Positions 1 through 9,315 of a DNA stretch of 64,000 nt are shown piece after piece. The DNA lies in the NCBI GenBank assembly GCA_027021335.1, contig JALUUO010000088.1:37916-101915 (forward strand). Direction: 5' to 3'. The notes under the pieces are model-generated. The model ran no database searches. It saw nothing but the letters and a program-made list of their open reading frames with translations, and had not been told where the DNA came from. The stretch's first letter is position 1. Every line of letters begins with the position of its first letter. Source of the stretch: Nitrospirota bacterium. GTDB lineage: Bacteria; Nitrospirota; Thermodesulfovibrionia; SZUA-242. The position numbers and the translations under genes are program-made.

Positions 1-1
1 T

Positions 2-1138
2 TTGATTGTTGCTATATTTGCAGGACAGGCGCTAATTGGCTGGGTGCTCCCTTTCAGGGGAAGCGACATTGTTTTTATGATAGTCTCATGCCTGTCTGTT
101 ATAGCTACTTCGTGGGCTTTTATCAGAATCCGCTATGAAATGCCTATAAATGACATTATGGCGGAATTCGGAGAATCCATTTATGGTGTCTCCGATTTTA
201 TGTCTGTGCTTAGCTTAAAGATCAAGGAAAACCAGGGGCTTGGAGAGCATCAAAAAAAAATAGGAGATATTCTATCCAAAATCAACGAAGCTGGTACTCA
301 GAGGGCAGTAGATTTTAATGATAAAGTTACAAGCTCCCTGGACGGTTTATCCGAAGTTATTGGAGATCTAAAGAATAATATTTCACAGTATGTCGGCGCT
401 ATTGAAGATTCCATTACAACCATAAACGAAATGGATGAACTAACCGTAAATGTGATGGAAAAAACAATGGAATCTACAGATGTGCTATCCTCTTCAACTA
501 AAAAAATAACAAATATGGTCTCTGTTGTTAAAAATGCAGGCAGGGAGATTGATCGTCTTAAGGAACTTGCAGAGCACATTCATAAAAGTATTGACACGAT
601 AAATGATATTTCAGACCAGACAAATCTTCTTGCGCTTAATGCTGCCATAGAGGCTGCAAGGGCCGGTGAAGCTGGAAGAGGATTTTCTATTGTGGCTGAT
701 GAGGTAAGAAAGCTGGCAGAGAATTCCAGCAAGGTGACAAAGGACATAGAGAGAGAGGTAAATGCTATATGTGATGCGGTAGAAAAGTCCGGGAACGAGT
801 TGGCAACCACTATTAAGTTGGCCGAAGCTCTTGGCGAGGCTACTGCCAATGCCAATAAAAGCGCTAGTGCGGTTATTGGATCTGTCTCGAACCTTGATTC
901 TCAGATAAGCTCAATAAACAGTCAGATGTCAAGATTTATGGACTCGGTTCAGAAGCTTATGCTGCTTGGCAAGACAGACGAGAATTTGCTCATGCCGCTT
1001 AAACGTTCCACGGAAGACTTGCTCTCATATCTGGAAGAGGTGACAGGCGTGGTTAATGAGGCATTGCTGATGCATAGTAAGCTGGTCGTTCCTGAAAAAA
1101 CGCCTATGCGTGGTTCGGTTAAATTACCGGCAATGTGA
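2..1138 (+). CDS. Methyl-accepting chemotaxis protein. The 5' end is cut off at the window edge. The C-terminal part is the MCP signalling domain.
   Basis: Highly conserved MCP signalling-domain motif ([34 protein letters not shown]). The ORF starts at the window boundary. Confidence 0.85.
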   Translation: MIVAIFAGQALIGWVLPFRGSDIVFMIVSCLSVIATSWAFIRIRYEMPINDIMAEFGESIYGVSDFMSVLSLKIKENQGLGEHQKKIGDILSKINEAGTQRAVDFNDKVTSSLDGLSEVIGDLKNNISQYVGAIEDSITTINEMDELTVNVMEKTMESTDVLSSSTKKITNMVSVVKNAGREIDRLKELAEHIHKSIDTINDISDQTNLLALNAAIEAARAGEAGRGFSIVADEVRKLAENSSKVTKDIEREVNAICDAVEKSGNELATTIKLAEALGEATANANKSASAVIGSVSNLDSQISSINSQMSRFMDSVQKLMLLGKTDENLLMPLKRSTEDLLSYLEEVTGVVNEALLMHSKLVVPEKTPMRGSVKLPAM

Positions 1139-1244
1139 TTTTCGGATTCATACGCCACCGCTAATGAAGCCCTCCCAACAAACGGATCGGCAAACCAGGC
1201 CGGCCCTTGTCCGACACATAAAACTACCCAAACGCCTCTTCATA

Positions 1245-1309
1245 AAACGTCCGGTTCACTTTATGCGAAACAACGAAAAGACAATGCCCCCTATCCAGGA
1301 TCTGATCCA
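1245..1309 (+). repeat. Copy A of a 65-bp intergenic repeat. The second copy is at 40174-40238.
   Basis: 59 of 65 bases identical to 40174-40238 (AAA[C/G]GTCC[G/A]GTTCACTTTATGCGA[A/C]ACAACGAAAAGACAATGCC[C/A]CCT[A/G]TCC[A/G]GGATCTGATCCA). It lies 107 bp downstream of the MCP stop codon. Confidence 0.8.
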
Positions 1310-1584
1310 GACGGGCACGGAAGAGATCACCTTGGTCTCCACCTAGCTTTTTAGGTCGCATAAATCACCAGCTTTCGTAAGATTTTTAACGATTTCTGGT
1401 GTTTATTATGCCACAAATATGACAGCTTTTGCCAATAAAAACAAGGGCTTGTCTAGTTTTTAAGGGACGACTAACTAACCGCTTACAAACATAATATTAA
1501 TGTAACCAGTACGGATAAACTTAAATTTGCTACCTTATCAGCAATATCGATATGTTTGCGAATTAAACCATGGGGAATTTCGGT

Positions 1585-2742
1585 TCAAACACGTTTCTCC
1601 TTTGTCGCCAGAGGTCCTCTTAAGAACGTCGGGACATCCAGGGGGTCTTCGTTTATCTGCGGCTCTGCCATGAAATCCAAAGAAGGCTCCTTGCTAAAAA
1701 GACGGTCCACAGCACGGGACGACCGGCCCACAGGGTCCTTTGGCCACCTCTTGATGCTGGGGTCTACCTGTACCGGAGCCTTTTTTTCTTCGAACCCTGT
1801 TGCTATAACTGTGACAGAAACATCGTCATCGAAATCAGGGTTTATTACCGCTCCGAAGATGATATTAGCCTCGGGATCGGCCATCTCCTGGATCAAAGAG
1901 AGGGCCTCATCAGCATCAGTAATTGTCATGGCAGGGCCGCCGGTTATATTAATTAGCACACCACGCGCGCCGTCTATGCTGAGGTCATCAAGAAGAGGAC
2001 TGGAAATAGCCTGCTTGGCCGCCTTCAAAGCCCGGCCTTCGCCGCTTCCCCTGCCTGCTCCCATAACGGTTTTGCCCATGCCCTCCATAATGGCTCGAAC
2101 ATCCGCAAAGTCGGCATTTATCAGGCCTGAGACCTGAATAATATCGGATATGCCCTGTATTGCCTGCTTCAGCACATCATCCGCGATGCGGAAAGCCTCG
2201 AGAAAGGGGCGGTCCTTGGCTACGGTAAGCAGACGGTTGTTCTGTATAGCGATAACCGCATCCACCTGTTCTCTTAGTTCTTTCAGTCCGGCTTCGGCAT
2301 TTCTCTTACGTTTAAGCCCCTCGAATAGAAACGGTTTTGTTACTACAGCAACTGTAAGAATCTCTTTCTCACGTGCCACCTCGGCCACAACCGGGGCGGC
2401 TCCAGTTCCTGTGCCGCCACCCATACCAGCCGTAATAAAGACCATATCTGAGCCCTCAAGGGCTTCGGAAATCTCCTGCCTGGCCTCAAGCGCAGCCTGG
2501 CGTCCCTTTTCAGGATCTGCGCCGGCGCCCAGGCCTCGTGTCAGGTCTTCGCCGACCTGAATTTTGATTGGCGCAAGAGAGGAAAACAGATCCTGGCTGT
2601 CAGTGTTTACAACGATAAACTCCACGCCTTCAAGACCGGCTGCTATCATATTATTGACTGCATTACCCCCGGCCCCTCCAACTCCCACAATTTTAATAGC
2701 GGCCCTTTTGCTTAGACTATCGCTCTCTTCGAGTTCAAACAT
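1585..2742 (-). CDS. ftsZ: Cell division GTPase FtsZ
   Basis: Tubulin-type GGGTGTG motif (GVGGAGGNAVNNMI, AGMGGGTGTGAAPVVAE). The ORF track extends to 2829, but the conserved N-terminus MFELEE begins at an ATG at 2742 with a GGAGG Shine-Dalgarno sequence 6 nt upstream. Confidence 0.93.
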   Translation of the reverse strand: MFELEESDSLSKRAAIKIVGVGGAGGNAVNNMIAAGLEGVEFIVVNTDSQDLFSSLAPIKIQVGEDLTRGLGAGADPEKGRQAALEARQEISEALEGSDMVFITAGMGGGTGTGAAPVVAEVAREKEILTVAVVTKPFLFEGLKRKRNAEAGLKELREQVDAVIAIQNNRLLTVAKDRPFLEAFRIADDVLKQAIQGISDIIQVSGLINADFADVRAIMEGMGKTVMGAGRGSGEGRALKAAKQAISSPLLDDLSIDGARGVLINITGGPAMTITDADEALSLIQEMADPEANIIFGAVINPDFDDDVSVTVIATGFEEKKAPVQVDPSIKRWPKDPVGRSSRAVDRLFSKEPSLDFMAEPQINEDPLDVPTFLRGPLATKEKRV

Positions 2743-2830
2743 GTCAACCTCCTCACTTTTTGTTAAATAATTGAAGTTATGCAGGGACGACCCCTTGTGT
2801 TGGCTCAGTTGATTTCCATAAACCAGCAAA

Positions 2831-4087
2831 CTAAAATTTGAATAAACCCTCCACCCAGGACCTCATTCTATTTAGTATTCCGAAGAATAAACCGTCTTCG
2901 CTTAAAGAACGCATATCAAAATTAGCAAACTCTTTTTTTACACCATAAAGCACTAGGCCTACGCCGGTGGCATGCCTGGGATCTGAAACAGTATCAACAA
3001 GGCCGCCCACGCCGGTGGGAACTGCCCGGCGTACAGGAATATCCAGTATATCTTCGGCTAGTTCCAACATGCCGTCAAGCTGGGTGGCCCCGCCTGTAAA
3101 GACGATACCGGCAGTTATCATTTTGCCGCAGACCGACTCCTCGATTTCCCGGCGTACAAGATTTAAGAGTTCTTCGGTTCTTGGCTGGATTATATCCAAT
3201 AAATATGTTTTTGGAACTTCCTTCACCCGCTTGCTTGATGTGGAGGAATTCAATGCGCTTTTCAGGCGGATCATCTCGTTTTCTTTAATATTGGACATAA
3301 GAGTTGTAGCGTGTTCAACCTTGATTCGTTCGGCTTCCGGCATGGTAACCCGAAGGCCGACGGCCAGGTCGGTAGTAAATTGGTTCCCACCAATTGCGAT
3401 AACCGAGGTGTGGCATATACTACCCTGGTGAAACAGTGCAATGTCGGTCGTTCCGCCGCCGATATCCACTATGCCGATTCCCAGGTCTTTTTCATCCTGA
3501 TCCAGCGAAGCCTCAGCCGATGCAAGCGGTTCAAGAACTATATCAGCCACCTCCAGGTCAGCCTTTTCGCAGCACTTAACCAGGTTTTGAACCGCTGCCA
3601 CAGCGCCTGTTACTATATGCACCTCGGCCTCAAGACGCACACCGGCCATACCTCTTGGGTCCATTACTCCATCCTGGCCGTCAACGATGAATTCGTTCGT
3701 AATTACGTGAAGCATCTCGCGGTCAAGAGGAATGGCCACGGCTTTTGCAGCTTCTACAACCCTGTCTATATCGGCTTGCGATATCTCTCCACCCTTGACA
3801 GCAATTACGCCCCTGCTGTTAAATCCTTTTATATGGCCACCCGCGATGCCTACATTTACGGATCTAATCTCGACGCCTGCCATGCGCTCGGCATGCTCTA
3901 CCGCACTCTTTATAGATTCCACCGTGCTCTCGATGTTTACGACTATGCCCTTTCTTAACCCCTTGGAGGCGGCACGGCCCACACCTATGATATCAACACT
4001 TCCGTCCGGTTTTACCTCACCGACCACAGTACATATTTTGGTTGTCCCGACGTCAAGTCCGACTATAATCTCGTTTCCCTTTGCCAT
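2831..4087 (-). CDS. ftsA: Cell division protein FtsA (actin-like ATPase)
   Basis: N-terminus MAKGNEIIVGLDVGTTKI and an actin/Hsp70-fold phosphate loop (DIGGGTTD). It sits immediately upstream of ftsZ. Confidence 0.93.
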   Translation of the reverse strand: MAKGNEIIVGLDVGTTKICTVVGEVKPDGSVDIIGVGRAASKGLRKGIVVNIESTVESIKSAVEHAERMAGVEIRSVNVGIAGGHIKGFNSRGVIAVKGGEISQADIDRVVEAAKAVAIPLDREMLHVITNEFIVDGQDGVMDPRGMAGVRLEAEVHIVTGAVAAVQNLVKCCEKADLEVADIVLEPLASAEASLDQDEKDLGIGIVDIGGGTTDIALFHQGSICHTSVIAIGGNQFTTDLAVGLRVTMPEAERIKVEHATTLMSNIKENEMIRLKSALNSSTSSKRVKEVPKTYLLDIIQPRTEELLNLVRREIEESVCGKMITAGIVFTGGATQLDGMLELAEDILDIPVRRAVPTGVGGLVDTVSDPRHATGVGLVLYGVKKEFANFDMRSLSEDGLFFGILNRMRSWVEGLFKF

Positions 4088-4119
4088 AGTGTTGTCCTCA
4101 GTACAAAAGCCGGCTCATT

Positions 4120-4920
4120 CTAGCTTTTTGCCAGCCGACGCCGGTTTGTAGTAAGTGGTTTGACAATAACCTTCTTGGAAAAACGCAGATCCACGTAGTC
4201 TACATCTATTTGCCTCTTTGCCACCTCGGCTTCGATATCAAGCCACCGGTCCAGTTTTGCCGGAAAGCCGTCGTTGCCCATTTTTACAACAAGCCCGCCT
4301 ATATGCATAACAAGACACTTCGGATCTTTTAGCGAAATTTCAACCGACTCGCCCCTTTCAACTATACCGTTGTCACCAAGAACCCTGACCAGATCCATGG
4401 CCGCGGCGTCAACCGGTTCTTTTTGTGTGTCAGTAATAACCGGAAGAAAAGGCACATTTGCCGATTCAAGTTTTTCTATGATCCAGCCATTGGAGTCTAG
4501 AAAGTAAAAACCCCTCTTCTTCTGAAGAAGAGCAACCGGCTCGCGCTCGTTTATAAATACACGCACTGTCGAGGGAAACTCCTTTCTGATTTTTGCATCA
4601 CGTATCCACGGAAAATTCTTGAGCGCCCTCCTTAACTCCTTGGGATCCAGAGAGAACATGTTTAGATCGACACCAGTATCTACAAGTTCTGCAACCTCGG
4701 CCTTTGAGAGGCGATGGGTGCCTTCTACCAGAATGTTTTTAACAGGTGCTATTTTTGTTATAAATTCGATAGATGACAATGGAATATACCGGTACAGAAA
4801 ATACGCTCCTAGCGCAGATCCGCAAAAAAGCAGTACCAACAGTGCAACAGCAGCCAGTTTTTTTCTTAGGGCTTTCTGTTTTTCCCTATCTTTTTTCTTG
4901 GAGTTCAAGCGACGTGCCAA
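4120..4920 (-). CDS. ftsQ: Cell division protein FtsQ/DivIB
   Basis: Basic N-terminus, one transmembrane helix, then a POTRA-like domain. Its position between ddl and ftsA is the conserved dcw arrangement. Confidence 0.8.
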   Translation of the reverse strand: MARRLNSKKKDREKQKALRKKLAAVALLVLLFCGSALGAYFLYRYIPLSSIEFITKIAPVKNILVEGTHRLSKAEVAELVDTGVDLNMFSLDPKELRRALKNFPWIRDAKIRKEFPSTVRVFINEREPVALLQKKRGFYFLDSNGWIIEKLESANVPFLPVITDTQKEPVDAAAMDLVRVLGDNGIVERGESVEISLKDPKCLVMHIGGLVVKMGNDGFPAKLDRWLDIEAEVAKRQIDVDYVDLRFSKKVIVKPLTTNRRRLAKS

Positions 4921-5812
4921 TTATCTCCTCCAGGAGTTTATCAAATTCAATGCCGGCAGCCCGTGCTATCTTTGGCAGAAGACTCGTAGGGGTCATGCCC
5001 GGCAGAGTGTTGACTTCAAGAAGAAACGGTTCACCGTTTACGTCAATACGGAAGTCCACTCTGCTGTAAACCCTGCATCCGATAGCGCGATGCGCGTTTA
5101 ATGCTGTAACCTTGAGCCGCTCATATAGTGCATCGTCAATACAGGGTGGAAGCAGGTACTCGGTCATGCCTCCAGTATACTTGCACTCGTAGTTATAAAA
5201 GTCTGACTTCGGGCGCACTTCAACTCCTCCCAGAGACCTGTTGCCGAGCACGCCCAGGTGAACCTCTCTTCCGTCTATATACTTCTCTACAAGTACACGG
5301 TCTCCGTACCTGAATGCGTTTTCAAGAGCAGGTTTCAAATTCTGAGAGTCATTAACTATGCTAACCCCTATGCTGGAGCCTTCGGCAGCAGGTTTAACTA
5401 CCAAAGGAGGGGAAGAAAAATCGTGAAAACTACCCTTTTCCACTAAAGGTGTCTTCAAAACCCTGTAGCTTGGCACCCGGATGCCTGCTGCCTGAAATAT
5501 AACTTTCGACATGACCTTATCCATGGCAAGCGCTGATGCGAGTATGCCGGAACCGGAGTATGGTATCTCCATAATTTCGAGCAGGCCCTGGACAGCACCA
5601 TTTTCTCCTTTGCCGCCATGAAGTGCAATAAATGCAAACTCAATACCCTCGGCAGCCAGAACAGTGGGCAGGTCTTTACCAGCATCCACGGTCACAACGT
5701 TATAGCCAAGACGGGAGAGTGTCTCTGCAATAGGCTTACCTGTTGCAAGAGAGACCTCGCGCTCTGCAGAGCGGCCGCCCATTATGACTCCTATTTTCTT
5801 CGTGGTAATCAT
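4886..5812 (-). CDS. ddl: D-alanine--D-alanine ligase
   Basis: MITTKKIGVIMGGRSAEREVSLATG and an ATP-grasp fold. It overlaps the ftsQ start in the conserved dcw order. Confidence 0.92.
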   Translation of the reverse strand: MITTKKIGVIMGGRSAEREVSLATGKPIAETLSRLGYNVVTVDAGKDLPTVLAAEGIEFAFIALHGGKGENGAVQGLLEIMEIPYSGSGILASALAMDKVMSKVIFQAAGIRVPSYRVLKTPLVEKGSFHDFSSPPLVVKPAAEGSSIGVSIVNDSQNLKPALENAFRYGDRVLVEKYIDGREVHLGVLGNRSLGGVEVRPKSDFYNYECKYTGGMTEYLLPPCIDDALYERLKVTALNAHRAIGCRVYSRVDFRIDVNGEPFLLEVNTLPGMTPTSLLPKIARAAGIEFDKLLEEIIGTSLELQEKR

Positions 5813-5829
5813 TTTTCTAGTCTCGTTGT

Positions 5830-6777
5830 TTAGGACTTGCGTCCAATTACTCGCACCTCCGGCTCAAGCACCACTCCTGTTTTTAGCTCTACTTCCTCTT
5901 TTATACGTTCCATCAGAGTAATAAACTGTGTGGCTGTTCCAGAGCCGTCATTAATGAAGAAATTCGCATGCTGCGTACTTACCCTTATGCCACCTTCCGA
6001 AGCTCCTCGAAGACCTGCCGCATCTATAAGCTTCCATGCAGAACTGTCTCCTTCTCCTTCCGGATTTTTAAAGACGCAGCCCGCGCTTTTATCTGAAAGC
6101 GGCTGCCTCTGCTGTTTTTCGTGATGGTAATCAGTCATCTGGTTTAAAACCTTCACCGGTTCGCTCTTTTCCAGCAATATATTAGCGCCCAGGATCAAAA
6201 GTTCATCATCAAGTCCGCAACTTCGGTATCTAAATGGAATTTCGCTTTGAGGAATCCGTGAAATACGGCCTTTTCGGTTCATCACAACCACCGACTCTAC
6301 GACATCTTTTATTTCTGCGCCAAAAGCCCCCGCGTTCATACGAATCGCTCCGCCAACCGAACCTGGAATTCCTGAGAGTTCCTCCAGCCCTGAAAAGCCT
6401 TTTTCTGCACAGAATCTGAGTAACTTGGCAAGCGATACCCCCGCCTCCACAAAAAGCTTTGCAGGCTCGCTGTCACTGCCTCCGCTAATAGCCTCCAACC
6501 GGTTCAGCTTCATCAATGAGACGGTAATGCCGCTTATTCCTCTGTCACGGATCACAACATTGCTGCCGCCGCCAAGCACGGTAAGCGGCAGGTTGTCATC
6601 TGCAGAAGCAATAAGAACACCCTGCACAGAGATGATCTCAGCAGGCACTGCCAGTAGATCGGCCAATCCTCCTACCCCCAAGGTGGTGTGACGGGCCATA
6701 GGCTCATCAAAAAAGACCTCGCCCCCGAATGAGCCTTGGGGAAAACGCTTATACCAATAATTTTCTGTTATTTTCAT
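5830..6777 (-). CDS. murB: UDP-N-acetylenolpyruvoylglucosamine reductase MurB
   Basis: FAD-binding motif (TTLGVGG...GGGSNVV), the MurB C-terminal domain, and dcw context. Confidence 0.9.
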   Translation of the reverse strand: MKITENYWYKRFPQGSFGGEVFFDEPMARHTTLGVGGLADLLAVPAEIISVQGVLIASADDNLPLTVLGGGSNVVIRDRGISGITVSLMKLNRLEAISGGSDSEPAKLFVEAGVSLAKLLRFCAEKGFSGLEELSGIPGSVGGAIRMNAGAFGAEIKDVVESVVVMNRKGRISRIPQSEIPFRYRSCGLDDELLILGANILLEKSEPVKVLNQMTDYHHEKQQRQPLSDKSAGCVFKNPEGEGDSSAWKLIDAAGLRGASEGGIRVSTQHANFFINDGSGTATQFITLMERIKEEVELKTGVVLEPEVRVIGRKS

Positions 6778-8173
6778 ACACCCCTTCGTCTTTGGCTTTT
6801 TGCTCTTTGCCCTTTGATTTTAATATTTCCTCGCCCATTTTGAAGACGTCACCTGCTCCAAGAGTAAAAAAGATATCGTCCTCTTTTAGGTCGTTCACTA
6901 TATGGTTTATAAGATTTTTCTTATCACCGCTATACACGACATCAACCTGACTGTATTGCCTGATTCCATTTTCGAGCACAGAAGAATGAACCCCTTCTTC
7001 CGGCTCTTCGCCTGCCGGGTATATATCGGTTAGGTAAACAAGATCGGCATCTTTAAATGCTCCAAAAAACTCTGTCATAAGGTCTCTTGTTCTTGAGTAC
7101 CTGTGAGGCTGAAAAAGTGCGACAACCCTTTTACTTGAAATCTCTTTTGCCGCTGCCAGTGTAGCCCGTATTTCGGTTGGGTGATGCGCGTAGTCATCAA
7201 AAACCCTTACTCCTGCAGCTTCGCCCTTTAGTTCAAAACGCCGCTGTATACCGCTGAACGAGGCCAACCCCTCGGCGATCCAGCTGGGAGCCATTCCGAG
7301 TTCTAGGCCCACTGCTATGGCTGCCAAGGCGTTTGAAACGTTATGTATTCCTGGTGATGGGACCTTGAATTCACCCAGTATTTGTCCTTTTAAAAAAGCT
7401 CTGAATCTGGATCCGCCGGGGCCGCGTGTTATATCTTTGGCCACAAGGTCGGCGTCTGCTGTTATACCGTAGGTGATAAACCTGCGATGTACGGAGGGTA
7501 CAAGATCTCTTACATGCTGGTCGTCCTTACAGAGTATGGCAAGACCGTAAAACGGAACCTTGTTGATAAAATCCAGAAAGGCCTTTTTTAGATCCTCCAT
7601 AGACTTAAAATAATCCATATGTTCACGGTCTATACAGGTGAGCACGGCAACCGTGGGAGTCAGTAAAATAAAGGAACCATCGCTTTCATCCGCTTCGGCT
7701 ACAAGTATGTCTCCTTGACCTAACTTTGCGTTACTTCCCAGACCTTTCAGCTTTCCTCCAATTACAACCGTAGGGTCAAAAGAAGTAAGCATGGTGGAGA
7801 TAAGCGACGTTGTTGTTGTTTTTCCATGGCTTCCTGTTACGGCGATTCCCGACTTAAGACGCATGAGTTCAGCCAGCATTTCGGCTCTCGGTATTACCGG
7901 AATATTCTGCCGGTGTGCCTCGGCGACCTCAGGGTTATCCTGATTTACCGCAGATGATATTACTACTACATGGGCATCAGTCACGTTTTCAGGGCTGTGT
8001 CCTATCCATATTTTGATACCAAGGTCGTTAAGTCTTCGCGTATTGGCGGACTCTCTGCAGTCCGACCCGCTTACATCATAGTTCAGGTTATGTAGTACCT
8101 CGGCAATCCCGCTCATGCCTATTCCGCCGATACCTACGAAATGGATACGTTTTATACCTCTAAAATGCGTCAC
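6749..8173 (-). CDS. murC: UDP-N-acetylmuramate--L-alanine ligase MurC
   Basis: IHFVGIGGIGMSGIAEVL N-terminus and the Mur-ligase P-loop GSHGKTTTTS. Confidence 0.93.
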   Translation of the reverse strand: MTHFRGIKRIHFVGIGGIGMSGIAEVLHNLNYDVSGSDCRESANTRRLNDLGIKIWIGHSPENVTDAHVVVISSAVNQDNPEVAEAHRQNIPVIPRAEMLAELMRLKSGIAVTGSHGKTTTTSLISTMLTSFDPTVVIGGKLKGLGSNAKLGQGDILVAEADESDGSFILLTPTVAVLTCIDREHMDYFKSMEDLKKAFLDFINKVPFYGLAILCKDDQHVRDLVPSVHRRFITYGITADADLVAKDITRGPGGSRFRAFLKGQILGEFKVPSPGIHNVSNALAAIAVGLELGMAPSWIAEGLASFSGIQRRFELKGEAAGVRVFDDYAHHPTEIRATLAAAKEISSKRVVALFQPHRYSRTRDLMTEFFGAFKDADLVYLTDIYPAGEEPEEGVHSSVLENGIRQYSQVDVVYSGDKKNLINHIVNDLKEDDIFFTLGAGDVFKMGEEILKSKGKEQKAKDEGVYENNRKLLV

Positions 8174-8211
8174 TGTTTAATTACTTCCTTTCCCTTGTTT
8201 GAATTCATGGT

Positions 8212-9315
8212 TCATTGTTTAATTAACTCGTATGCAAGTTCTACAACCCGTTTTGCCGAGTCTGGCTTTACAAGAGACCTGCTTGCTCTCTCCATTGACG
8301 CCACCTCTTTCGGGTTTTCATAGAGATCTGTTATGCATGCGGCAAGAGAAGTTCCGGAAATATCCTTGTCCAGTATCATTCTGCAGGCCCCCATGTCCAG
8401 AAGTTTTCTTGCGTTAACCTCCTGGTGATTCCGCGCCGCGTACGGATATGGCACAAGTACCGATGCTTTGCCGCAGGCTGAAAGTTCCGCAAGAGTTGAA
8501 GCTCCTGCCCTGCAGATCACGATATCGGCAGCAGCATATGCAAGCTGCATATCGTAGAGATAGTTGGTTACAATTCCCTGAGCGCAGAGCTGTCTGTATT
8601 TTTCTTTTACCTCCGACTCATCAGCTTTCCCGGTCTGGTGAATCACCTGAATTTTCTTTTTCATACCTGTATCAGAAAATAATTTTAGTGCATCCACCAT
8701 GGCCACGTTCAGGCTATGCGCACCTCTGGAGCCGCCCAGCACAAAAACTGTAAACAAATTCTCATCAAGTCCCAGCGCTTTCATAGCGGTCTGCCTGTCA
8801 CCCGAAGTGATCGAGGCACGTACAGGATTTCCTGTTAAAAATGTCTTGTCATTGCGAAAGCGCTGTCGGCTGTCCGGATAAGTTACGGCTACTGTGTCCA
8901 CGAAAAAATTCCCAAGCAATCTGTTGGTTAGGCCAGGCACTGCGTTTTGTTCATGTATCATGGTTGGAAATCCCATCCAGCTTGCCATTGCAAGCACAGG
9001 GCCGGATGCATAACCACCCACGCCTATTACTACGTGTGGATCAAAAGTCTCCAGTATTGCCCGCGATTGAATAAGCCCCTTTGGTATAGTCATCAAGGAC
9101 TTAAGTAATTTAAATAACCCCACGTTTACTATTCCCTCAACCTTTATGAACTGTATATTAAATCCCTCTTTCGGTACTACCTTCTGCTCAAGACCTCGAA
9201 GTGTTCCAACAAAAAGCAGTTCATTAGACGAGTCACGCGCCTTAAATTCTGATGCTATGGCAAGGGCGGGATATAGATGCCCGCCAGTGCCGCCACCGGC
9301 TATAATAATCTTCAT
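8212..9315 (-). CDS. murG: Undecaprenyl-PP-MurNAc-pentapeptide-UDP-GlcNAc GlcNAc transferase MurG
   Basis: MKIIIAGGGTGGHLYPALAIA N-terminus and a GT28 fold. Confidence 0.93.
   Translation of the reverse strand: MKIIIAGGGTGGHLYPALAIASEFKARDSSNELLFVGTLRGLEQKVVPKEGFNIQFIKVEGIVNVGLFKLLKSLMTIPKGLIQSRAILETFDPHVVIGVGGYASGPVLAMASWMGFPTMIHEQNAVPGLTNRLLGNFFVDTVAVTYPDSRQRFRNDKTFLTGNPVRASITSGDRQTAMKALGLDENLFTVFVLGGSRGAHSLNVAMVDALKLFSDTGMKKKIQVIHQTGKADESEVKEKYRQLCAQGIVTNYLYDMQLAYAAADIVICRAGASTLAELSACGKASVLVPYPYAARNHQEVNARKLLDMGACRMILDKDISGTSLAACITDLYENPKEVASMERASRSLVKPDSAKRVVELAYELIKQ

Noticed and set aside
1139-1584. Small ORF 1110..1346 (78 aa) and ORF 40147..40428 (93 aa) covering the two 65-bp repeat copies
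   Set aside because: The two ORFs are on opposite strands relative to the shared repeat, so they are not homologous genes. The conserved block is better treated as a non-coding repeat, although a peptide of about 22 aa in one frame is noted in the findings.
2743-2829. N-terminal extension of ftsZ to 2829 as given by the ORF track (and similar extensions for rpmB to 21852, fmdB from 35266, purH-C from 37094, ylxR from 21733)
   Set aside because: In each case the conserved protein begins at an internal Met that has a good Shine-Dalgarno sequence. The extension has no homology, and for ylxR it overlaps rpmB on the other strand.
1556-4151. Long antisense ORFs inside ftsZ and ftsA (1556..2137+, 2150..2560+, 2967..3431+, 3311..3958+, 3732..4151+)
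   Set aside because: They lie entirely opposite strongly conserved FtsZ and FtsA coding sequence. They have no Shine-Dalgarno sequences and their products are low-complexity Ser/Pro/Arg-rich. This is typical of shadow ORFs in GC-biased coding regions.
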